From the human T2T-CHM13v2.0 reference genome, Homo sapiens: a DNA stretch of 64,000 bases. The DNA is taken from NCBI RefSeq assembly GCF_009914755.1, contig NC_060929.1, one strand, 5' to 3'. Positions within the stretch are counted from its first letter, which is position 1. Each line of letters opens with the position of its first letter. Both the position numbers and the translations under genes were made by a program. A model generated the notes under the pieces. It was not told the origin of the DNA. It saw only the letters and a program-made list of their open reading frames with translations, and did no database searches. Positions 13,304-29,377 of this stretch are shown here, one piece after another.

Positions 13304-13745
13304 ATTGTATTTCCCGATCTTTTTGCTCTGGACACATTTTTCCAAGGACTTATCTCACAGAGAAATCAGACTAGAACTATGAAATGAGTTCCTTACAAAA
13401 ACTCTTAGCTCTCTAGTTCAATATCAAAGTCTGTAGCTACAGAAAGCAAGTTTGTTATACAGTATTTTTCCTGATACAGGTCATTTGTCCTTGAAATTCT
13501 GCATTTCTACATGGTTTCCTCTGCCCAATCCTCTTTCCCCTTACAGCTTTTACATGCATAAGGAGAGGTGTGACTTCTGTGGTGGGTCGTTTCTTTTTCT
13601 TGCTGCATGGTAGTTAATTAGGTAACTAGTTTATTTGTATATTCAGTGTAGGACAATTTGCTTCTTTAAACAGAAAAGGTCTCCTTATTTTTCCCAAATA
13701 AAGAAAAAGTATTTACCATTTTCTCGAATAAGGAGAAAGTATTGA

Positions 13746-14186
<441 letters not shown>

Positions 14187-14549
14187 TGAGTTGCATGTTT
14201 ATAGGTGCCTTTTACAACTTTCTAATCCCTTCCAGAATCTAATCTAACTGTACTCTGACTCAAGCACGACTTGGAGGATTAACACTTGTCTAGTTTAGGA
14301 CTTGACTTTACAATATTATCTTCCATCCCCTACCAATTCAACACCCTTTCCCATTGTCATTAATTTCCAGGTTCTAGTAGTTATGTTTATTAATAACAAT
14401 GCTGAGAAAACATCCTTATGTTTATTTCTTGAGTTATGCCCTTCACATTTTATCCTTTTTGTAAGCTGCTGTTGGTCATTTCTGTGACTCCACAGTGAGT
14501 CTTACAAACTGTATCTGTGTGTGTTACTGTGTGTGCTTTCTTATTAAAG

Positions 14550-14730
14550 TGCTTGCCACATTGTTTTACTCTTGTTTCTCTTTGTCTCCTTCACAAGAAC
14601 AGGTGTGTTTTGAGAGCAGGGATCTTATTATGTTCTTCATAGTGTCTTCAATTTCTAGAACAGAGACTGGCACAGAGCAAGAGAATAATACATGTTTTGG
14701 GAATCATTGAATGCATGAATGAATGAATGA
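14550..14730 (+). mobile_element. L2 3' end with (GAAT)n tail
   Basis: TTGAGAGCAGGGATCTT...CTAGAACAGAGACTGGCACAGAG...GAATGAATGAATGA. Confidence 0.75.
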
Positions 14731-15399
14731 GTATATAAACATTGCTTCCCACATCTCATCCATATAGTGACTTGATATTTCTGTGTAATTGGGATTCACC
14801 AGTCAAGTGTGTAAAATCACGAAGGAACCTCTGGCATAGTTCATGATACTTTTTAATGTCATCTAACTGTTTTGTACCTCAGTTTCCACATAAAAAGTGA
14901 CAAATATTGTTCTTGGTAAAATCAAAACTGAATTTGCATGATGAGAACAATATGCTTACACAAACCATGATGTAATCAAGTAACTCTAGCTGTGTGTGGT
15001 CACAAATGCTGTTGATGGATGGTAGATGAACTCTAGGATCTTTTTTTAGAAGACATATTGTAGCAGATTTTCTTTGGGAGATTCATGGAATAAAGATTTG
15101 ACTAAGGTTTAGGAATCACAATTACTATATAACTTATTTTCTTTTTAATCTATTCCTCCCTTTTCAGTTGTGCTGGTAGAAAATAAGTAGGACACATCAA
15201 AATTAAAACTAATGAGACTCTTCTCTCAAAGCAATTCTTCATTAGCGCATAAAAACAAAACTCTAAGAAGAAAGGTTACCATGTAGAGAGGCTGCAAATA
15301 GAAGGCTTCAAGGTGTGTTGTGAGGGGCCTAGTTCTCTCCACTCTGGAGCACATCTCCTTCCCCTTTTAAAAGTTCACCAAAATAAATACAGTTTAGAG

Positions 15400-16445
15400 A
15401 GCCTCACCCTTTCCAGATAGTATTATGAGATAGATAGAGTAGCCCATGGGCACAGAGAAAACATGAGTTCCCAAACCAAAATAACCAGGCATCTAAAAAG
15501 TACAAAGAGGTGAGAGAAGATATCAAAGCGAACAATGTAAGATACATAATTATTAAAATGGATGACTGAGAATTATTAAAATGGATGACTGAGAATATAT
15601 AAAAAGGATAAAGATAGATAATATGAAACAAGAAAAATGCACTATAAAAGGAATCTGAGAAATATAATAATTATAATGAAAAATACAATTCTTGACCTAT
15701 CTAGCTGAAGGGACACAACTAAGAAATGAATTAGTATCTCGAAGGATCAAATTGAAGAACTTTTCCAGAAAGCAATAGTTTAGGACAAAGAGATTAGTTT
15801 GAAATAAGCAGACATACTGTACATACAAATAGATTAATCTCCACAAATAAAATATTTGGTCTCTCAGATTATATATATATATATATATATGTACATCTCC
15901 TAACAACATATATGCAGAGACATATTTAAAACAAAAGGATACAGAAAAAGTGGACAAAGATATGCTAAGTATATAGCCATGGAAAACAGTAACACTCTCA
16001 CATGACAGAATATGATTTAAGAAAAGTAATTCAAATGGCCAACGAAGGATATATTCTGGTTAAAAGGCTAAAAGAATTATACGCTATCATCAGTATGAAC
16101 TTGTATGCGTCCAGCAATATTGCCTCAAAATATGTAGATCTTCAACTGTCAGAACTGAAGAGAAATATACATAAACCTATAATTGTAGTTCAAGATTTTA
16201 ACATGTTACAAAACTAATAGATAAAACAAAATAGATATATTAGATATCTGAACAATAATACAATTTAAATATTTTATTATATATTTGTGTAAGAGTAGAT
16301 ACATAAGTAGATATTTAAGATTTGAAATATATGTGTGTGTGTGCAGGGACCGAAAGACATCTGTACTCAAAATACAAAGAATATGTTCTTTTTGAACACA
16401 CATGCACCATTCACAAAATAGAGCATATATTAGACCATAAAGATT
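15400..16445 (+). mobile_element. Old L1M remnant (ORF1 pieces and ORF2 endonuclease region)
   Basis: Translated MNLYASSNIASKYV...PIIVVQDFN and KEYVLFEHTCTIHKIEHILDHK resemble L1 EN motifs NIYAPN...IMGDFN and EYTFFS...SKIDHI. Confidence 0.8.
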
Positions 16446-16729
16446 ACGTGATAACTAGGATTTATGCAGTCCTAGAACCACTGAGTCACCATCATTCTAA
16501 AACTATATGGTACATTCTCTTTTACACAATGAAACGGTCTTAGCATACAATGATATCGGGAAAATTAAAATGTCTTGACAAAGAAAGTATTGTTGTAGAA
16601 GAGAGGGCATTGACTATCCTAATACCCTAGACATAAATATTATAAAGTTGTTTCCTATCATTTTTCATTCTTGTCTGGTACTCAAATTTTATGCTATTTT
16701 CTAAATAAAGCATGTTGCTTAAATAATAC

Positions 16730-16930
16730 CTATCACTTATGAAGCATTACTTATGTGGTACATATAGTCTTAACAGTTATATTTTCACTATCTCAGTAAA
16801 ACTCCATGCAATAAATAGTATTATGCCAATTTAATGAATGAAGAAATTGGGGCATCAAGATATTAAACAACCTTTCAGCAATTACACAGAGCTGGAATGT
16901 GAACCAGGACGGCTTGGTTCCAAATGCTGG
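16730..16930 (-). mobile_element. MIR
   Basis: TATTATGCCAATTTAATGAATGAAGAAATTGGGGCATCAAGATATTAAACAACC...CTGGAATGTGAACCAGG. Confidence 0.65.
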
Positions 16931-18254
16931 GAATTCCCCCAGAGACCAGCAGTGTTACTTGAGAATAGGGCTAAGTTCATAAGAAGTATCCAGCAAGTGC
17001 ATATTTAATTGAATTAAATTCCCTTAACTGTAATGAAATTTTGATCACAAAAAGCAAAGGTTAAATATTAGTTTCGCTAATATTTATACAAAATAATTTA
17101 AAATAGAGCAAAATATATCTCAGTGCCAGCCTCCATGCAGCACTGTGCAGAATCACTATCCTAGCAAGGAGCTACATATATCCTTACAATGCACTGTTTC
17201 ATGAGTGCCTGTGGTAATTACAGCCATAAGATCTGAGTAAATCAATTCCTTAATGTAGCAATGGCATTGCAAGGGTAGTAATGGTAATATTAATAACAAT
17301 AACCATAATCCTTTGAAAGTTTAGAAACATGAAATCTTATAGAGACTATGCAGCTATTTGCTAAATGTATTTTTTAAAGGGGAAATAATTTACTTTTATT
17401 GGCTTTGACCCAACAAAATATTAATATCTTTACATCATTTTTATCTTGCTAATAAAGAAGTTCAGAATTTTTAACATATTCTTCCTAGGCAATGCTCCAA
17501 ATCTCGCCCTCTATTTGGTATTACAGTATCAGTAATTGGTGTCTCATGTTAACATTTATTTAAAGCTGCTGATTTAACATTTAAAAATTCTGGGGTTAAT
17601 GGATCTGTATTCACAGATCCATTCACTTCAATAAAAACAAATGGAACCTCTTGTGAACTAAAATCACTTCAGATCATGGATATGCTCTCTCTAATATGCA
17701 CAACATTTAGATGGTCCCGCTAAAATGTCAGGTCATAAAAAAGGTCTGCTAACAAGGTAATATTCAAGGTGATTTTCTGGCTTTTGCCAATGGTATTGTC
17801 CCGTGCAATAGAAACACAGCTTCTCTAAAAGGTGTGGTCCATACAAGAACTAGTTCCGACAAAATGTACTTTCTGAGCTCGCTAATGGATTCTTACGGCA
17901 TTCTGGAGTTGCCTTCTCTAAAGCTTCTGTAACTTACTAATGCCCACATGTTTCCTCCGTATTTGTTGGAGACCCCTAAATTTTAGGGACTTCAAAATCT
18001 GATCTAAGGTCTCTCTTTCAAGAAAATACAGCAAAATAACCAAAAGAAAATTTGCATATTATAGGCCCTACTGGACTTTTAACAAATATTTGAGAATGAG
18101 AGAAAAGGCACTAGAACCACTTTCATTACCTTCTAGCAGTATAGAGTTTGGGCAAACCACCTAAACTCTGTGATCTCAAGTTGCTTTGTAGTAATTTTCA
18201 AGTGTAGGAATGCTTTTGTGTGTTTTTGTTTGTCAGTGTTTTGATGTTTAAAAC

Positions 18255-18625
18255 AATTTTTTCTAAATCAGTTTTAACATACTGGATAATTCACAAACAT
18301 TAATTCTACAATTCAGAGGAAGAAATAAAATATTTCCACATCCTGAAAGTTTCCCTAATGACTCTTCCTGGTAAATACTCTACATTCTAGGGGAAATCAC
18401 TATTCTACCTTCTAACATGATTGAATAAAATGATCAAAATATAGTGCTCTATATCCAGCTTCCTTCACTCATGGCTATGTCTGTGAGATTCATTCATGTT
18501 GCTCAGTGTAGCACCAGTTGTTACATTGCATGTAGTATCATTGTACAGATATACCACAATTTCTTTATCCATTCTTCTGTTAACATTTAGGCCATTTCCA
18601 ATTTTAGACCAGTATAAAGGGTGCC
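18255..18625 (-). mobile_element. L1ME-type 3' fragment
   Basis: CAGCTTCCTTCACTCA...GAGATTCATTCATGTTGC...ATATACCACAATTTCTTTATCCATTC. Confidence 0.75.
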
Positions 18626-18729
18626 TTTTTTAAAATGAAAGCTTTTTGTAATTTTGGTTATATCCTTTAGGAGAGAAAAATCCATAAAAACACAAAGCTA
18701 CTCTGAGTAATCTTCACATCTGTAAAATT

Positions 18730-21336
<2,607 letters not shown>

Positions 21337-21432
21337 AAAGGATTTGCATTTTTAATCACAGTTCTTCCATTTATATGTTTATTGGGTCAACTAAATTATA
21401 TTCAGCTTCTCAGTACATAATATATTTTCAGT

Positions 21433-21434
<2 letters not shown>

Positions 21435-21470
<36 letters not shown>
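21435..21470. repeat. Pure (T)36 mononucleotide tract
   Basis: Read directly. Confidence 0.97.
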
Positions 21471-21471
<1 letters not shown>

Positions 21472-21770
21472 TCATTGCTGTTTCCCTGCCTGCTGCAAGT
21501 CTTTTCTTCTTCTCCTTCCTCTCCACCCTTAACCAGACCATATTCTGGTCATACTACAGGAATTTCTCCAGGAATTTTTTTCTCAAAAGGCTTAATTACC
21601 CTCTTATTTATGTTCTATATCACACTATGCTTATTTTTACCAAAGTAGTTATTATAATCTAATTTATCTCTGAGCTCCCTGGGACTAGAACTATGTCTTA
21701 TTTCCCACTCTGCTTTGTACTGTGATAGGTACAGAGTGTATTTACATTAAATATTTGTTGGATAAGAGGA
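21471..21770 (+). mobile_element. L2 3' fragment
   Basis: TTGCTGTTTCCCTGCC...CTGAGCTCCCTGGGACTAGAACTATGTCTTATT...TAAATATTTGTTG. Confidence 0.6.
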
Positions 21771-21844
21771 CCTGCATCATGACATATGTTTGAATAGTTG
21801 GAGAGATCTATGGGAAGAATGCATTCATTTTATACATAGTAACA

Positions 21845-22070
21845 ATCATCATAAAGTGCACATTTACTATATGCTAGACTATACCATGTACTAAATTTTA
21901 TACTGCTGGTGTGAATTAATCCTCTCAAACCTTCATTATCCTCATTTGAGATAAGAGAAAACTAAAAGTTACAAAAGACACTTGACTAATGTGCCTCAAC
22001 TTTTACCTGAGAAAGCCTGGAAGAAAATCTGAATCCACCCAACTGTAAGCCCATGTTGTTCCTCATTGCT
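21845..22070 (-). mobile_element. MIR
   Basis: TTTACTATATGCTAGAC...TTAATCCTCTCAAAC...ATTATCCTCATTTGAGATAAGAGAAAACT. Confidence 0.6.
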
Positions 22071-22369
22071 AGATTATTCTGGCTACAGAAAAATAATAGT
22101 TCACATTTTTATTTCTAGGATTTTAAAAACAACTCTTAAGTTCCCCCTAAAGGTTTCATTCCACAGATTGGAAGCATGGGCATAATTAATATTCATACTG
22201 AAGTCACCCTACTCACTTTTCATAGAGGATTTAAGACATGGCTACCATGTGTCTACAGCCTGGGCAACAATTACTAAACCCTGTAGACTGCTAAACAATA
22301 AATTTTGTTGTGGTATATTTGTGTGGATTGAGACAAGTCCACAGGAAGCTGTGCTTATCCAAAACAAGA

Positions 22370-23145
22370 TCATGTTATTCTGCTGCTCAAAAATCCTGTA
22401 AAGGTTTGCTGAGCATTTATACCTCACTCCTATTGATGTATACCAATCATCATGTCAAGAGTCATGTCATAGTGCTCTCCAAAATATGCCAAGCTCATTT
22501 ATATCACAGGGTTTTTTGCACTTGTTGCTATTTCTGGCTAATACTCTCTTCTCACACACATTGGCATCACTAATTTGTCTACTCCTTTTGATATGTGCTT
22601 AAATATCAGTTTTTCAGAGTAGTCTTCCCTGATCTCTATCTAAAATAGCTTGTTTGTTGGGCTTTATCTCTTTTGTCAAGATCAAAGGATATTTGATCTT
22701 AATTCCTCATCTTATACACTTATTTTCATATTTCTTATCTTCTTCACTATTGTATGAGCTTCATGAGGGAAAGTAATGTGTTTTTTTCTCACTATCATAT
22801 ATCTGCAAATATATCAATTTCTAAACTCTGTAGGTGGCTATTACATCATAGTTGAATGCATGAGTGAATAGTTGCTCATATTGTCTAAGTCACAATCATA
22901 TGACAGCTCAAGCTCTTTTTTTTTTTTCGCTGAGTTAGGTTCATTACGTTATACACCTATTCCTCCTTGAGTGTATTTCTATTATTGTCCTTGACACATT
23001 GTTCTATCAGTGTTGCTTTAGTTGTCCATCTCTTCTGGAAGACTGTGAGGTCAGAGCTTTTATCTTACTCATGTGTCTACTCCCGGTATTTTGCATGTTG
23101 CATGATGTATTGTAACTACTCAATACATGTTTGCTGAATGAACAT
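22370..23145 (+). mobile_element. Two L2 3' fragments
   Basis: CTGCTCAAAAATCCT...TTTGCACTTGTTGC...TATGAGCTTCATGAGGGAAAG; second end ACTCAATACATGTTTGCTGAATGAA. Confidence 0.65.
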
Positions 23146-23463
23146 AAAATAACCTTTCTCTTCATTAAAGTAGAAGTTGTACCACTTAGTTTAGTCTACT
23201 GTTGACATAATACAAGAGTTTAACATCAAATTGGCATTTTAATTATCAAATATGCTATAATTACCTAGAAGATTGTATGTTGGGAAGATTGGCTGAAAAT
23301 GACATTGTATCTTGAATGCATGTAATTTAATGAGCAAGATATGTTACTCTAATTAAATTTCTGAAGAGTTTCTACTATTTTAATGCCTAGTTTATAAACC
23401 AGAGAAAATATAGCCTTCAAATTAGAAAGCCATTTGTGAGGCACATTCACCATGCTTCAATTT

Positions 23464-23741
<278 letters not shown>

Positions 23742-23749
23742 TAAACTAA

Positions 23750-23930
23750 TCCCCAGCTCAGCTGAAATTTCTTGGGTGAAAGGTCAGTTAACCATTTTCA
23801 TTTGAAATGACCCAATCTGTAAAATGGAGGTGATGCCTGTGATGGGTTGATGGCTAAGTCAATGTTGTTTTTTGAGTGAAATGTTCTGAGTGGTATTGTA
23901 TAGCTATATACCTAAGGGTCTTTGCTGTTC
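23750..23930 (+). mobile_element. MIR fragment
   Basis: AATCCCCAGCTC...ATCTGTAAAATGGAGGTGAT. Confidence 0.5.
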
Positions 23931-26679
23931 TTTTCATCGTGACTTTTCATGTGACAAAGGACGAAATGAATCAGAGGTTCACATGTCGCCTCCAGCCTCC
24001 AGGCAAAATAAATTAGCTTTCAAGGAAAAATGGTAGAAATATTTAAATCTTGAAATCTTTATCTCCCTTTCCTTTGACCTAGTTTTGTCTCCTTCAGTGC
24101 AAAGATGAACATCAAGACTGATGCCAGACCCCATCTTGCCCCTTCAGCAGATTTTATGAAGCTTTCCTTAGTGTAGTTTCTTGTATTTTTTTCTTCTATT
24201 TTCCTCTCTCAAGGAAATATATGAGCTAATTTGCCTGTACCAGAATCATGTAAATTCAGATTTTTTTAACTCCCAGTAAGTTATCAGCCAATTTATTAAT
24301 GTCCTTTATCTATTTAGATTTTTAACCTGAAAAATAGGAATTTTTGTGGGAAATAATTCCTGGTAATAATCTGAAAATTAATGCAAAATTAATATGTATC
24401 AAGAAAATATAGAAAATAAACAGTGAATCTGAAGACTTAATACTTAACACAGTGAATCTGAAGATTTAATACTTAACATCATTAAGATTTATGATGACGT
24501 TTAAAAATTGAAATTGTATGTCATAGTATATTTCCAGAAGAGGCTTCCAATACCAGTAATCCAGTTGCTCATGGTAAACACTCAACTGGTTTTAAGAAGT
24601 TAGAACATTTGACAATATCTAGGCTTTCAACCCTGTTTTAAAAAAATCAAATGAGCTTCGGAAGCTGCCTCTTAGCCAGCTTTAATTACTCTGAAAATAG
24701 GTGAAGACTTCAAACATCAAAGACTATTATTTTATATTGTGAGTGGCATAGGTCTATTGTCATAATGTATAGTTTGGTAAATAAGGCATAGCCAAGCTCA
24801 GAAAAAACTGAAAAAAAATATTTAAAGTATTTCTCTATTTAGCAAAATAGACATTGTCAGTTTTCTGGTGCTGTGACTTTGTTTCAACTCTACTAAGCAT
24901 CAACTAGATTGGGTTCTCATGTTGGAGACTGGAATGCATCACTGTGTGAATTGAAATGCATTACTCTGTGAATTGGAATGAATTAGGCACACTCTACTGC
25001 ACTTGTCTCTTGTCGTATTTCTGCTGTTCTAAAAATGGTTTCTATAAGAGTTTACTATCAGATCTAGGACAACACTTTATAAACAAAATTTAATGGAAGC
25101 TTTCATCTGTTAAATTTCATTACAACTCACATTAGCTCTTTTTTTATGCTATAAACATGCTTATTCTGTAAGTTACAGATGTATCATCCACAACTGTCTA
25201 GGTAATGCAGCAATTTACCTTAGACAGGAAAATAAAGATTTTTGCATTAAATATTTGTTACGTTCATTGCTTTTTTAATCAAGTCTGTTTTTTTTTATTC
25301 TTTTTAAAATATACTTAATTCCACATCAGAGAAAAATTTTCATTTGTTCAGGACAATAATAATTTGCAGAGCACCATAAGACCAATATTGAAGCTTAATA
25401 TTTTTAAGTAGAGTTTAAATATTTGGTTTGTGGGACTGAGGAATGTTTGAAGAAATTGTTCTAAATACTTCTTCTTATAAAATATATTTCCAAAAGCAGA
25501 TGTATCTTCTTGTTATGCCAAGATGGCTATATTTAGATCTGCATGTGTCTTTAATAATTCACTCTCAATTTCGAGAATTTGCCTCCTGACTTGGAGACAT
25601 ACAAAATTTTGTATGGTGAATAGATTGGATAATTCGGAGTTTCAAAATCATGATTCTCATTGTTCTAACTCTGTAAAAATTGAATTTAAATGCAGAAACA
25701 ATAGAGGCCCAGTTTCAGCTCTTTGTATATTACGAATTCACATGCAAGTTTGCTTTAAACTTCATGACCTAAGAGAATGACACACTGAGTGTGGATGTGT
25801 GTGTCTATGGGTGTATGTGTGTCTTACAGAGGAAGGTGTTAGATCTGGCAGCACATCCTTGCAACATTTCAATATTGGCTTTAGTTTTCTTGATAATTTT
25901 GTCCAGAACTCCATAGTGCTTTTATGCTCATGGATTTTTCATTTTGCTCAAAGAAGTCATTGATCATTAAGTTCAACTCTTTTCCCAATTACTACATCAT
26001 GCCAGGTGTCACGTCTTAGCAGGGGGAGGCCCCTGTGCTATTGCTTAAAATCATTGCTTGACAACAACTTATTTAACATGTAATTCAGTAAATATAGAGA
26101 GTGCACAGGAAAATTGACAATCTAATTGTTTGGAGATAGCAATGGCACAGCATTAATACACTGGTTTTTTATTAGAACACGTGGAATTTTTGTTACATTG
26201 ATATCTAACAAAGGATAGATAAATAGCATCATCAATCCTATTTAAAGATGAAGAAACTACAGCTGTTTGGAATATTTTTGCTCTAAATAGAAAAATTATA
26301 TTAATAATAAAGAGCCATTTTATTTAATGAAATGAGTGGATTTAGCAATATTTATATTAATAAAGCACTCAAAACTAAATTAGGAAATATACTATTTCTA
26401 ATCTTTCTCTGTAATGTATATTTACTTTATTAACTGAATCCTTGCCTATAGTCTATACAAATTTGATGTTAAGTTGATGAAATCATGTAGACACCAAACT
26501 TCAAGTTATAATTCAGAGACAGTTTACCTGTGTTTGGATTCTAAGTAAAGCACTATTGTTGTACCATAATCTAAATTTTTCTATCTTTAAAACTCAAGAA
26601 ACTAATGAAGTCTGGCTTCTGATGTTTTCTGAAAATAGCTGACTCTGATTAAAATAATTAAATTGTCAGTCTCTACATT

Positions 26680-26860
26680 GCTGAGTTCTACTGTAGCTCT
26701 GATACTTACTGTATTACTTTAAACAAATTTTTTGAATTTTTTAGGCTCTCATTTTCTCAATTTAAAAATTAAAGTAAGTCACCTTTCAGAGTTTGTATGG
26801 ATACACAATAAGTTAATTTAATAAAAAGTGGCCATCACAATACCTGGAACATATAGTACC
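26680..26860 (+). mobile_element. MIR
   Basis: CTGAGTTCTACTGTAGCTCTGATACTTACTG...CTCATTTTCTCAATTTAAAAAT...CACAATACCTGGAACATATAGTA. Confidence 0.6.
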
Positions 26861-29377
26861 CTTCCAGTTTTATATTCATTTCCCTCTTCTCATCTTCACT
26901 TCCTTCCTATGCCATTCTTAGGATTCATTTTTTTCTCTTCTTACCTCCAACTACTCAGGCTAAGTGTAAGCTGTACTTTTGGACTGCACTGTGGATGGTG
27001 CCTTGGTCACATCGATTATTGGAATGCAGGAGTAGTGTTTGACCCTGTCCTTTACATATTCTACCTGCTTTTTTATGACTACATAGTGGAAACATGACTT
27101 CCAGGTAAAATAAAAACCTCTAATTTTCTGAGGAATTACTTTATTCTCATTGAAAGGCCTCTGCGAAGTTTTATAACAAGTATCACAAATTCATCCTCGC
27201 TCCCCTCACTCTTTAACTAACACTAGTTGTGTGAAGTATTTTGATATATTCAATCTACAGTCATTTAACCTCAACCACATCAGATACACTTAACGCTTGT
27301 TGAGCCGTCTTCCCATTCCTCATCTGTGTTACTTTTTTTGTGCTGATGTATTATCTGTATCTATACGGCACATATACAATACTTTTTATAATGAGTAATT
27401 GGATTACATATAAATTCACGTGTATGCATACAATTATATTTTCAATCATGGCATAATAACATGGACAGTTTTGTTTTTTAATGGAGGCATGTATAAGATA
27501 TTATGGGAACAAAGAGGTCTGTTTGGAGAAGCAGAAGAAATCTCACCAAACAGGTAATGTTTTGCTGCATCTTGATATGAGTGATGACTGACTAAAAAGA
27601 TTTTAGAAAAAGATATCCCTTTCTCTCAACAAAAATGTAAAATAAAAAGTAGAAGCAGAGGCAAGATTATAAAAGAACACCAAGTGCTTGAGAAAAAGGT
27701 GCCAATGTGTTATGGCTGTCACAGCAAGCTCACCGGTGGTTATTTACTTCAGTATGAGTTTTAATATCTTCTGCATATTTGCGAGAGAGCAATTTGAAAA
27801 TCACCATGTCTTTAATATATCAAATACATTAAAATCTTAATCTTAGCAGGTAAACAAATATGAACACTTAGAGCACAAATGGCAATCCATTAAATCTCTT
27901 TTACTTGATTTATTGTAACACAGCTTACTTACTGAGATGAAGATTATGGACAAATTACTACAATTATGCCCAAACTAGGTTCAAGTAAGAAACTAAAGAG
28001 TTTCTTTAGTTTATGATTTCTTTAGTAATGGTTGTTTATTGCTCACCGTCAATACCAGTCTCTTGCTTATAGCAGAGCATGTTATCACAATGTGAAAGTA
28101 AAGGCTTATCTTACTCTGCATTTCCAATTTTTCTTTACATTCTACCAATAGCATTATAGCAATAATAATAACAATAATAATAATAATGACAATCAATACC
28201 AAGATGTGAATATTTTCATCAGTTGTTTAGTAGGCTTGGCATGTATTGCAGAGGGAATCTAATACTCCTTTTCTTAAACTGTGACAAATAAAATAGAGCT
28301 TTCATTTTCCAACAAAAAAAACATCTTTTAGATATCTCAGAGGAGAAGATCCTTTACTGTACTGTGGTATACAGGAAAGGAGAATAGTTAAAAATTCTAA
28401 ATGTCTGAATGCCTGGTGTCAACAATTTGGGCCAAGTTTACAATACTTTGCAGGGCCAAGCATGAACAGATGAACAGGTTTCTCTCTGCATCTCTCTCTC
28501 TCTCTTCTCTCTCACACACACGTACACTCACATATTAATTTTTTAAAGTGTCTTATAATAACTCTTGTGATATTCCATAGTGTTGGACAGATGAGTCAAT
28601 GCTTTATTAGGGAATTATGACACCCTCATAATGACAGGAGAGTTTGATAATGCTTACAGAATTTAATTCATGAAAGGGTCGTTCATTGAATCAATTTGAA
28701 TACGGTTTCAAAGACCACATCTCAGAAAAGCCAGTGGAGGTTTTATGGTGTCCCAGTTAGCATTCACTGGGCATCCACTAAAGTGCAGTGTGCCTTTTGC
28801 ACAGGCATGGAGGTGGGAAAGAAAATCAGATTCCTAGTCTACCTGAGAGATTCCAGCGTAGTGATTATAACATTCTGAGTTAGTGGCATAAGCAACTGTA
28901 CCTTAATGTGAATCTGGATTAAAATAAATTTTGAAATTAAAGAAAAATATGAAAACATAGAAAAGCAAAGACTTGTGATTGTATACTTGATATCACACTG
29001 CACATACAACTTTATATCTTACTTATTTCACCAAATATTGTTGCCTTTGGAGAATGTTATGCTTATGATGGGGTTTCACAAAAGTTTCTAATGCGGCTGC
29101 ATGCTTCATGAATCCCTAGGTCCAACGATACTCTTAACAATAAGAAAGAGGACAAATCTCAAGTTCTTGTTTGCACAGGGTAGGAAATGACAGCAAAGCC
29201 TCTCTGGTTGATGTAGAAGGCTATTTCTCCTTTAGTATGATGTTGCTGCTGCTTTCACCGGAGCTTCAAGCATTCTATCAAATTGGGGCATGAGACACTG
29301 ATGGTTGTAGGATTTTTTATTATAGGAGGGTAACCTAGGATGATTAAAAACTCAGTTTCCCACTGAATCCCCTAGAG

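Noticed and set aside
13005-13374. Overlapping 110-aa and 107-aa ORFs on opposite strands
   Set aside because: They lie in an old LTR remnant, with no recognisable domain.
16002-16543. ORFs with endonuclease-like motifs
   Set aside because: Fragmented, stop-interrupted L1 ORF2 fossil with degenerate catalytic motifs (GDFN reads QDFN); not a domesticated nuclease.
24420-24985. Short direct repeats of 22-29 bp as a possible CRISPR-like array
   Set aside because: Only 2-2.5 adjacent copies with no unique spacers, no cas genes, and a primate genomic context.
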